Shown: positions 26,696-38,600 of the stretch, piece after piece
Position numbering within the stretch: the first letter of the stretch is position 1
Layout: each line of letters opens with the position of its first letter
Origin: an uncultured bacterium
GTDB taxonomy: Bacteria; Muiribacteriota; Ozemobacteria; Ozemobacterales; Ozemobacteraceae
Length of the DNA: 64,000 nt
Assembly: GCA_964596185.1 (NCBI GenBank)
Contig: CAZQUE010000001.1
Location: 135,460-199,459 of the forward strand
Reading direction: 5' to 3'
Program-made: the position numbers and the translations under genes
The notes under the pieces: model-generated
Seen by the model: the letters and a program-made list of their open reading frames with translations, nothing else
Databases searched by the model: none
Told to the model about the DNA's origin: nothing

Positions 26696-29600
26696 TTACC
26701 TCAATATCGCAATCTTGAAGGTTTCTTTAACCTTTTTCGAGGGGTTGTCAGGATCTTTGATTTCGATTCTGGCAAAATATACGCCGTTGGCGACCAATTT
26801 GCCGGAAGCGTTACGCAGATCCCACGGAATGTCATACAGGTAGCGGGCATTGATTCCCCATTTTTCGTTTACTGGCTTGATGCCATCGAGTGTCGCAACT
26901 CTGTGGCCGGCGACATCGTAAATCTTGACTTTAACCAGATCTTCACTGACATCGCCACGGTTCGCACTGATTCTGATGAAAGTTCTTACTCTGGCCGGGT
27001 TAGGATATTGGGCTATCTGGGTAATCTGTAACGGGACGACCACTTCGAATCTTACTGCAGTCATCGCAGAATCGTTGCCGGTGTTGTCTTTGGCTCTGAT
27101 GACCAGGTCGTGCCAGCCACCGGTAAGATCGGCCATGGGCTTGAATGTGAAATTGCCGCTGTTGTCGACAGTTACATTCTGAGCCGGGCCTGAATCAATG
27201 TGGGCAGTAACCGTAGTTATATCGAGGCCTGATCCGGCGTCGGTGATTTTGCCCCTGAATTCCGGGCGAGGGGTGCGGAATGGTTCATTAAGGTCGATGT
27301 CGGCAGCCAGGGCTACTTCAGGGCCCTTAACGTCACGCAGAATGGCAAAGAGCTGGGTTGAAGCCGCTTTGGCTGCGAAGCTGCTGCCCCGGGTTGGTTT
27401 CGCAGTCAGGAATTTCCATTGGTCATTGGTCTGATAGAACAGGCCCAGCCCGGTAGTTGAAGTTGCTTGCGGAATTTCGACGAAGACATTGAAGCCTTCT
27501 TTTACTTTTTCTGCCGCAATTGCGACTTCATAAGCCATACTGACCGGCTTGAGTTCAGTCTGATCGATGGCCGAGGCCTGAGTTTGGCTGGCTCTGAGAC
27601 CGAGGGCAAGACGGGCCTGCTGCTGCAGGGCAGTTCTAATCGAGGTGCTGGTTTCGTTGCCAGCTTCAAGGCGATGGCCCATGATCTTGAACATGGCATT
27701 GTCCTTGAGGCTGCCGGTCGAGAATTCAGCGACAAGTTTTTCATCAGCTGATTTTACCGATGCAACCTTATTGGCACTCAGATATGCTACGGCAAAGGTC
27801 GAGTTGCCGCTGCCCTGGTTGCCGGCCAGATCCTGGGCCGTTGCCACGAGAGTGCCATTGCCCGGATAGGATGGGCTGAGATGAACCCCAATCATGAATG
27901 AGCGACTGTTGGCTCCCTGCTGCATGTTAGTGGTAATAACCGGAGCATTGCTTTGGGCTATCTGCAGCACTGGTGGAGCTTTCAGATCTTCATTGCTGAC
28001 GACGACGACGATTATGTCGCTTTCGTTAGCCGGGTTCGAGAAGGCGGACACTTCGAGAACCGGTGGCGTCAGGTCGCGACCCTTGAAGTTAATACTGTTC
28101 GGGCTTGGCGACAGGTTGCCATAAACGTCTTCGATTCCGGTTACCGAAATCTGATAATCGGCGTTTTCAATCAGATTGGAAGCTGCAGTCAGCAAAACAG
28201 TTTTGGTGTCTGCCTGAGTTGTGGCGGCTGCGATGGCCAGCGCACCACTTGGGCCGGTCAGACTGTATTTGCCGATGTCGCCGGCAGTAGCAGGCTTGTA
28301 ACTTTCATCGAAAACCACTTTGAATTCCTGCTGTCCCGACAGGCCGGAGAAGTTAACCGAAGAGAGAACGGGGCCTTGTCCGTCGGCAAGCATCGGGGCT
28401 GTATTGTTTGGCGCGGCAATCCCCGCTCCATAAATGCTGCTGATAGTGCCTGGAGTTGCCTGGAATTCATAGGTTGCCTGATGTGCAAAATTTGGAGTCA
28501 CGCTGAAGCTTACTGCCTGAGCTTCTATTTTCTGAATGTTGCTGATGGTCAGGCCGGCAGCAGTGATGGCCGCGCCGGCAAGATTGGCATCAACTTCATG
28601 GTTGAAAACGAGTTTGGCAGTCGAAGAACTTATCTGCACTGCACCGACAACCTTGAACGGAGTGGTCAGGGCAAAAATGCTGATGCTGATATTGGCTGGG
28701 TTGCCGGCATAATCAGTTGCCCTGAAACTGTAGGTTCCATCGAGAACTGTGCTGCCTGCAGAATTGGTGCCATCCCAGAAAGCGCTGAAGTAGGCCCCGG
28801 AATCGGTCAAAGGCAGCTGTTTGATTTTTATGTTTGAACTGTTGAGAACATCGACCCAGAAAATGCCGCTTTCTGAAAGCGTATCGGTAGATTCTACCCT
28901 GATTTCAAGATTGCCGGCCGCAGGCGAATAAGCGGTCACCGGGTTGCCGTTGACATAGGTGCTGTAAGTCGATACTGCCGGTTCAACCGTATCGATGATG
29001 ATGTTATACAGAATCGGGTCGCCCGATGCGAGCAAACCGACATTGCCGGCCTGATCAACCAGATCGAGGGAATAGATACCATCTGGCATCAGCGGCTTCG
29101 GATCGGTTCCGCGACTGTAGCGTCCATCGAAATTTCCGGCCCAGGTGTTGGCACCTGCGGCATTCAAAGCGTATGTGTCGGTCGAGTTGGCACCTCTTAT
29201 TCTCATTCTAAGCGCATCTGTGTCGACTGAATTGAACGAAACGTTCAGATAGCTTTGTCGAGATGGATTGAAATAGACGGAATCGGTAGCGACGGCGCCA
29301 CGGGTAACTGTCGGCAGATCGAGGGCGACCGGCGCAGAGGCATCAACGGTCCAGTCATAGGATTCAAGTGAGAAGTCACCTGAATCGTCGACCAGCTTTA
29401 TCTGATAGGTCGTCGGATAGATGGTTGGAACCGGACCATTGGTCAGCGACCAGGTAAATGTCGCTGATTTGCTTACGGCATCGTATGTCAGAGGATAAGA
29501 AGCCACGGTAACGCCGCTTTGCATGAAATGCAGATTGATTGGCAGAGCGTCAGGATCCTGGCTCAGGGTGACGGTTAGAGTCGCGGCGTTAGGTGCGACA

Positions 29601-32600
29601 GCGAAACTGAACGGTGTGTCGCGCAGAATTTCTGTGCCACTGGCGGTTGTTGCCTGCATAGATTCTGCGAAGATGGTTGCGATGACCGGGCCCCTCGACT
29701 GGACGACTACGGTGCCGACAACTGCGTTATCAAGCTTGTTTCCAGTCAGATCCCAGCCGGTTACCCGGTATTCATATTCGCCCTGCGGCAAATCGGGAGT
29801 TATCTCACTGGTTGTTACGAACTGAGCCTGGGTGTATGCAGGTGCATCGAGCCATGAGTCGAAAGCGCAGCCGATTACGGTGCTGCCGGTTGCGATACTG
29901 AGCAACGGCGTTGCTGATGCTTTCATACTTTCGTTGAAGGTGACGGTGAAAGTCGCTCCGCCGATTGGCTCAGAGGTAAGGGGTTCGCCGTTAAGTGAAA
30001 CAACACCGGTTACTGTCGGAGCCTGCCTGTCAATGATCAGAACTGTAGTTGCCGAAGCTCCGGTGGCAAAGTTGCCGGCCAGGTCGACGGCAGTTATTGT
30101 ATATGTGCCGGTTGCAAGCGCCGAAGCCTGTGAAGTGGTAAGGCTTGCGCTGTATTCATCTGCGGCATCGTCGAGATTAAGGCTGTAGGTATTTGTAGCA
30201 TTGTTGCCGGCGATTACCAGCCGCAGGCTATCGGTGGCAGTGCTGCCGAATTTAAGATACAGCGGACCATAAAGAGCCTCATTGTAGTAGAGCGGATCGT
30301 TACTGCCATCAGAAACCGGGCCGATAGCTGCCGAATCAATAACCGGTGCCAGAGCGTCGTAGGTAATGATGGTGCTGTTGGTGGCACTGATGTTACCAAT
30401 CTGGTCAACCAGTTTGAATTTGTAGCTCAGCGGGCCATTGTTACCTGGTTCATCGCCTGGAGTTGCATCGATGTTGTCAAAGAAATTGGCATCGACTGTG
30501 ATCGAAGCAATCTTGTTGCCGACATCCGGTGTAAAGGTTATCGATGCAGTAAGATTGTCGTCATTGTCGTAGATCCAGAGCATGTGTGGAATCTGGGTCG
30601 GAGCTTCGTTATAGTAGAGGGTAAGTGTCGCAACGCCAGGGGCGACATTGAGCGAGAACGGTTCGTTCATGCGAATGTCGGCGCTTACCATTGGTTGCTG
30701 TGAATAGAGAACAGCGGTTACCAGCGGAGACTGTGTGTAAAGGTCGATGGTAAAGCTGCCGATCAACGGGTTTTCGTTCTCATTGCCGGCCAGGTCTCTG
30801 GCACCGGTTATCTGGTAACTGTAGCTGCCGGTGTTGTAGAGAGTCAGGTCGTTGGTGTTGGTGAACTGGCAGTGGGTCGCATCGATCCAGCTGGTAAAAG
30901 TGAGCGGAATTGTCGTTGAGGTGCTGGCAATGTTCGCGGTCGGCGTTACAGATCGATTCATCGCTTCGTCGAATTCGATGACGAAGACTCCGGTTCCGGC
31001 AGCGTGGCCGCCTGCTATCAATGGTGTTGCCGAAGAAACCGTCGGAGCATCGCTGTCTACGATTAGCAGGGTTGCATTGTTGCCAATGTTTCCAGCCGTG
31101 TCGACCGCGCCAATGATATAAACGTCATCGACAAGGGTGCTGCCGAAAGTCGCGACATGTGTTCGCGCATCGGTGGTTTCGAGATCGATGGCCTGAGTGG
31201 CTACCGGTGAGACTGCCGGTGACAGGAAAACGAATTTCAGAGTTTCGTCATTGTTGGTTTCAACGGTAAATTGCACATCGCCCTGATTAGGTGAGTAATA
31301 ATATGCTCCAGTTGAGAAAGTTCCCAAGCCGCTGATGGTGATTGTGGCAACATCTGGAGCTGTCGCATCGTATTTCAGACTGCTGGCGAGAGCTGAGCCG
31401 GAAACGTTATCTTCATCATCGATAAGCTTGAAGCTGTAGGTCTGATCAGTGTAAGTATACAAAGGATCAGTTAAATTGAAGTCATTGGGGAAGATCAGCT
31501 GTTCGTTTATGTTGTTAAGAACCGCACCTGATGATGAAACCAATACGTCGTCTTTGTCATAGACGTTGAGACGGTGTGGTGTATTGAAAGGGCCGGCCGG
31601 ATAAGTGATGTTGATTGTCGCGCTGCCGACGCCATTGAAGGCATAGTTGGTCTTGATGCCGTCAGCAACTCCGTATACGGCACTCTGGTCAGTCAGATGC
31701 GAAATCTGGGCAAATGGCCCGTCGGTCATGACTTCAACTTTGAAGGTACCGGCGCTGGGAGCGATAAGAATATTTCCGGCAAGATCCTTGCCGCCAACGA
31801 TATCGTAATTATAAAAGCCGCTTGGCATGGAGGTTTCTATTTCGATGGCGTTGGTATAATAGGCAGTTGAAGCCAGATTTGCATCGGCCCAGCCGGCAAA
31901 GTTCATCGTGATGGTTGTACCTGCTGTGGCCAGGGTCAGGGTCGGTTCAATTCCTGCATCCATTGGCTCGGAGAAAATCACGGTGAAAGTGGTTCCGTCG
32001 GCCGGACTATTTCCGATAAGTGTGTCTGGAACTACAGAAAGAACCGTGGGGTTTGATTTGTCGACAATCAGACCTCTCTGGGCAAGTCCGGTGCCGATGT
32101 TGCCGGCGCGGTCGATGATGCTGAGAATGTAAGCGCCTTCGGCGAGCATGTTGCCGGTGGAAACGTTGTAGTTTCTCAGAGAAGTCTGGGTCATGTCATA
32201 AGTTGTCGTGGCATTGTCGGTCACTGAGTAGATTGCCAGTTTCAGCTCGTCGCTAGAGATTCCGGTAGTTGCATTCAGGTTGAAAGCGCCGATCATTGGA
32301 TTGTAATAGCTGATATTGGTTGTTTCAGAGCCGATACCGGTCATGGTGATAGAGGTTACGTCCGGTGCGAGGTTGTCGTAAGTCAGCGTAGCGACCTGAT
32401 CGGTCTGATTCATGGCCGAATCGATTATACGAATCTTGTAATCGGTTGGGCCGCTGACTCCCGGATCGAAGAGCGGGTCGAAATCAGCATTTGTAAAGGT
32501 TGCGGTGGCTACTCTGCTAACCGGAACCGAAATGGCGACCTGACCGTATCTGGTGTTGGCGGCATCGTAAACTTCGAGAACATGTGGCCAGTGCTGCACT

Positions 32601-35600
32601 GTGTCGGTTGAATAAACGATCTGGAAAGTCGCATCGCCGAGGTCGCGGCTCCAGGGTTGGTCTATAAGCGTTGCTGTAACATCAACAGTTGGTTGAACGG
32701 TTCTGACGCTTACATTACCCGAACTTACTTCCGGGGCATAGGTGCGAACTTCAACCGGATCAGTGAAAGTGGTGTCGAAACTGTTGGTCGCTTCGTCTCT
32801 ACCACCGGTTACTTCCCAGGTCCAGACGCCGTTAGCGGTAGCTTCGGTGAAGGCGGTATTGTTGGTGAAGACTGCGGTTTCAGAGGCAATCCAGTAGCTG
32901 AAGGTGAAGCTCATCGTCGTGGTTCCGGTTGCCAGGCGCAAAGTCGGGATGACGTTGGGATCCATTGCTTCGCTGAATTCTACTCTGAATTCTGAGCCAT
33001 AGGGGAGTCGGCCGATGTAGTCGCCCGGAATAACCTGCACAACAGACGGTTTCTGGGTGTCAAGTTCAATTGTGACTGAGGCGGTATCGGTGAATCCACC
33101 GGGTGCGCTATCGCTCTTCAAATTCAGATCGTAAGCCTGCGAGGCGGTTACAACATAGGCAGTGTCAAAGATGTCTCTGATATTGGTAACTTCGACGTAA
33201 ACCGGAACTCGTTGCAGGCCTGCTGGGAAGGCGGCGGCGTTGGTAAAGCGGGCGACGGTTCTTTCGAGCCCGTCGACGGTGCGATTGCTGTAGCTGATGA
33301 AACTGCCGTTGCAGATGACGGCATCGTTGTCCTGGCGCTTGATCTGGGCCGCAGGCTGGGCCTGGGTCTGGATCGGCACCGGGGCACCATCAAGATTGGG
33401 TGGGAAAATTTCTACTTCGAACGCCAATTCATTGATGGCTTTCTGATTTACCGGCGGTTTGTCGCTCATTGAGCAGGCGGCGACCGTGGCAGCGTTGTAG
33501 CCGACTGGGTAAATCATGTTGAGAGGGCCGGGGTTGCCAGAAGGCAGATAGGCGGTGTTGTTGGTTCCCCAGAGGTTGGTGAAAGCGCCGGCATTGATCT
33601 GCAGCCGCCAATCAGGAGTTGCACTGCTCTGAAAGAGGTTGATTACATTGTCGACATCAGTGGTTGTCAGTTTCAGAGAAATTGTCGTGCTGGCGTAGAG
33701 ATTGTCGGTGGGCAGTTGCAGGTCTTCGAGCTGAAGAACAAGCGAGGCTCCAGAATCATACTCATGCAGAATGATCTGGTTGTGGAATCCGGTCACTCTT
33801 CTGCTTAGTGAAGGAACTGGAGTATTTACCAGTGGATCGGTAGAATTAGCTCTGGTGAAATCGTTGGTGAACAGAAGCAGACGATCGCTGGCAGTTAGTT
33901 TGAGTGATCGACTGGCCATATCGAGTTCGGGCACGACAACATCGAAGTTGAAGGCCGGGGTGGGCCGGTTGTCAGCAGCATCCATCGGAGACTGACTTGA
34001 AATTGCCTTTACACTTCTCTGCAAATTGTCTTTTACAAAAGACATTCCATCTCGAATCGCAAACTTGAGCGTGTTGGCAGTGCCGATCTTGCGGGCGATC
34101 CAGTCGGTGCCGCTGGCATTGAGGGTGATGCGAACGTGGTTGTTTAGTGCGTCCGGCCATGAGATGGTGTCGCTTGGCGTGAACACGTAGCCATCGGCAT
34201 AGTCGACACTGCTGTAATCATAAGTCAGGTTCTTGTAGAGAAGAACGCCGCTGGAAGCACTGAGTGTCGTAGGTTCAACTTCTTTGTTGAAGTAAATGTC
34301 GATAACTGTTGCTGCGGGCCAGTTCTGCGTCATGGCAACCTGGCTCACTTCTGGCAACTCGCGCCATGATGAATCGGTTATGGTTACCGGATAGAAAGCT
34401 GCAGTCGGCAGCTCATTGGCGAACAGATCGGTAAGCGGTGAAGCTCCGGAATTGGTAATCTGTAGATACACCGGTGTTGAAGCCCAATTTCCGACGGTAA
34501 TCTGTTGCGCAGCATCGAGAGTGATGTCGAAGCTGTAGAGATTGGTGGTGTCGGGGACATTGGCGGCGAAGTTGAGATAGGCCGGCGTGCCGAGCGGGGC
34601 AGATGCACTGCCAACCAGCGTCCATTTGCTCATGTCGATACTGGCATTCTCATAGACTTCAGAGAGGTTTACCCTGATGGTCGTTCCGTCGAATTCGGCT
34701 GAAACGATTTGTGGGGCAACATTGTCGATTGTGTAGGTGAAGGTCGCGAAATCTTTGTTCCCACCTTCATCCTGGCCGATAACGTAGATTTCTCTGGTTT
34801 CGCCATTGATTGGTGGCAGGCTTGAAACCGGGATGCCGGCAATTGTCGTTGCGCTCGAGGCAGCCACTGCCATTTCGACTGTGCCGCTGCCGCAGTCGGA
34901 AAAGTCAATCCAGGCGCGATTCATGGTCGTGTCGCCGCTGAGGTAGGCATCGACATGCAGCAGATCGCCTACTGTCGAGGTGCCAAGATTGTAAGCGGTG
35001 TTCAAATCATAGTTTGGATTGAGGTCGGTAGTCGCAACCATTGTTGGGCGTTCATTTCTGACGGTAAAGGTCGAGTTGCCCTGAACCATGGTCGAAATGT
35101 TTGCGGCATCGTCTTCGGCGGTAAGTTTGTAATAAAGGGTGTTGCCGTTGTTGATGCCCCAGTTGCTGACGCCGGGTGCGCTTACCACGAAAGTAGCTTC
35201 GTGGCGATTCATTGCACTGTTGTAAACCATGGTCGCGGTCGCAAAATCAACTGTTCCTGAACCGATGGTCGCCTGAATGCTTACCGCGTCAAGGTAGGCG
35301 GCGGCACTTGCATAGACGGTCAGGACGTCATTTATGTTCGCAACATTGGCAACGGGATTGTCGCCATTAGTCTGGCTGATTTCGATGCCGTCGGCGGAGA
35401 AACTGATGGGTTGACAGTCGATGTTGAACTGAGCAGATTCGGCAAAAGCCAGATTGTTGTTGGAGTCATAGACCCTGGCTTTGAAAACGTAGTCAGTGTA
35501 TTCCTGATCGGCAGCCTGAGTATACAGGACCGGAGCCTGACCCCAGGTGTAGGTATCGATACCGTCGAAATCCATGGTTTCTGCGGCCGAATAGCCGATT

Positions 35601-38600
35601 GCGGTGAGGTCAAGGGTTACAGGCCCAGCTGAAGTCGTGCTGGTGATGCGCAGGGTAAAACTTGCCGTAGATCCGATATTAACTGGGTTGTTATCCGATT
35701 CAAACCAGAGAATGTCGGCGAGAACCGGCGGTGAATTGTCGATGGCCAGTTCGGTGGTGAAGGTTGAAACGTAGTTTTGATCGTTGTCCCAAGCGGTGAC
35801 ACTGAACGATGCAAGTTCGCCATCCCAGGTGCCGGTGCCGATTTCGGCGATATAGGCATAGTTGCCGCCGCCGGTCGCGGTCAGGGCCTGTTTGTCGCTA
35901 CCACCGAGAGTGGTCAGGTCAATGGTCGGAGCAACGTTTTCATGATTCTTGACCAGAACCGAGAATCTGATGCGGTCGCCGATCGCCAGAGGCAGAGTGC
36001 CGGCCTGAACCGTGGCAGTTGCGCCGAGAATTTCCGGCAGTTGGCAGTCGACGGTGTAAGAGTTTGACTGAGCCAGCGTCGAGTTGCCGGCCTGGTCGAA
36101 CAGAACGGCGTTGAACTTGTGCCCAAGGGCTTCATAGGTCGTTGAAGCGGTCGGTATAACGTATGAATACGAGGCTGAGTCGCTTGCAAGCAGCTGATTT
36201 GACGGGCCGCCGATAGCTGAAAGATCTATGGTGCCCGTAGCGTGGTCGATTGGGAAAGTTGAATAAGGGATATTGAATGAAACAATTTTGTTGAAGTTGA
36301 TCGTGCCGATTGCCGAATCGGTTCTTCCGGCTTTGTAAACAGACGAGTCGACATCGAAACCGTTAACGGTGATTGGGTAGTTGTCTATAGGGATGTAAAT
36401 GATGGTTGAGGTTGCATTGTTGGCGTTATCGACGGCAGTAACGGTGAAGCCGGTGTTAACCAGGTTGATGGTGCCGGTTGGAACTCCGCCTGGCAGAACA
36501 TAATCAAACCAGCCAGGGAAAGAGCTCGAGGCAAGCATGTTGGTATTAGCCGGCTGACCAAGAGGCAGCATGTTGATAGTAATGCTGGTCAGTTCACCTG
36601 TAGCCTGACTTGCGCTGGCAATGTCAGCGTGGAACGACAGGTAATCCTGTATGCGCACGTAACCGTTGTCTATGTCAGTATTGACGTTGTGATACGAGTT
36701 ACTGGCGATTCCGGCAATGTATGGCGGTTCGTTATCGATCATCATGCTGTTGGTGTTAAGACTTACATAATGAGCATCATCTAAGTATGGATTGCCGATT
36801 GTGTCATTGACCGTGATCTTGAAAGAGGTGTCGGCGTCGCAGATAACCCCTGCAGTAATTGAATCTTTCAGGGTAAAGTTGGCACTGTATACTCCGGGGG
36901 AGGTTTCCGGCAGATTCACCATTGTCGGTATGGGATAGGTCATATCGATGGCAGAAAGATCTACCGAGACAGAACCAAGTTCGACTCCGGTAACATTGGC
37001 TGTAATGGTGAAGGTGTCACCGACGTTGATGATTGAATCTGAGTTGGTGAGAGTTGCACTGGTAATAACAGGTAGAGTGCTATCGATGCGAATCGGTGGA
37101 TTGGTGTCGTCTTTAAGCAGCTGAGTTCCGTCTTTGTCGAGAATTGTCACCGGGAAATTGTAATAGGTGTCGTCTTCAAGACTTCCCGCGGGAATTGTAT
37201 AAACGGCGCGATAATTGTCGAGGCCGGCTACCTTCGGCATGGCCAGGGCTGCGGGCCCGCCGATCGAGCTGAGATCTACCGTCGCATTCAGCGGGGTCAA
37301 CAGTGTAGAAGCAGTGAGGCTGGCGACGATTTCAAGTTTGCAGGTGGCGGTGGCGTAATCGTTCACCACAGGTGTGTTATCGGGCATTAAAACTCTGATG
37401 TTGAGTTCATAAGGTCGATTGAAAAATTTATAGGTTGGCGTGTAATCTGAAACCATGTGGGCAATTACTGCCGCCGTGGTCGTTGCAATCGTGTCATTTG
37501 CCGAAACTTTGAGAGTTTTGTTGCCTTCAACGACAAGACCGGCCGAAGCTACGCTGAGAGTCGGCAAGGTGAAGGTGCCGGAATAGGTGGTGCCGGACTG
37601 CAGGGTAAGGGTTGCCACGCTCCATTCAGAGGAAAAGCCAAGCGGAGTCAAATCGACGGTTACTGAACCAGCTTCTATCTGGGTTGCCTGGGCGGTAATG
37701 GTGAAATCCATGCCGGCAAGAATGGTTGGCTGGGCTGCAGTTATCGTGATTCCGGAAAGGGTCGGTTGAATATTGTCGATGCCGATTGCTGGTGTTGTGT
37801 CGCGTTGGAATATCTGCGTGCTGTCTTTGTCGAGAATGGTTACGGTGAAGTTGTGATAGAGGTTGTCTTCAAGTGCCGGTGTACCGGCGGGGATCGTGTA
37901 AACGGTGCGGTATTCATCGGTTGCCCCGACTCTAGGCATGGCCTGGGTTGGAGAACCACCGATCGCACTCAGATCGACCGAGGCAGAAAGCGGGGTGATC
38001 ATTCCCTGAACCGGAACAACTGCACTGATAACGATTTTGCACGAAGTCGTCGCTACGTCGTAGGGTGAGTCAGCGTCATCAGGGTAAAGAACATCGGCGG
38101 TCAGAGTGAAATTTCCGTTATAAAACTTGTGATCGGGAGTGTTGGCAGTAACGGTGTGCGCTACCAAACCGACGGTTGTGGTGGCGATGGTGTCGTGGGC
38201 AGTAATTACAAAGCTGCGCGGACCTTCGACGAGCGGCACGGTGAACGGTGCGATCGTGCTCGATGCTTGAAGAACGAAGGTGTTCGAGTAAAGATTGCCA
38301 GAAACGAAGTTAAGGGGTTCGAATGCGCCGAGGCCGATACTACTCAGGTCTATGGTCAGCGAACCTGCTTCGATGAGGTTGGCTTCGGCGGTAACAGTGA
38401 AGGACTCACCGCTGATGACCGTCGGCTGAACGCTGGTGACGGTTATGTTTCCGAAAGTTGGTTGTACATTGTCGACGGCGACGGTTGGTACGGCGTCCAC
38501 CAGAGCCAGACGGTCGCCATCTTTGTCGTTGATGGTGACGGTGAAGCTGTTATAGACTACGTCTTCGGTCGTGCCTGGCGGTACTTCGTAAATGCATCGG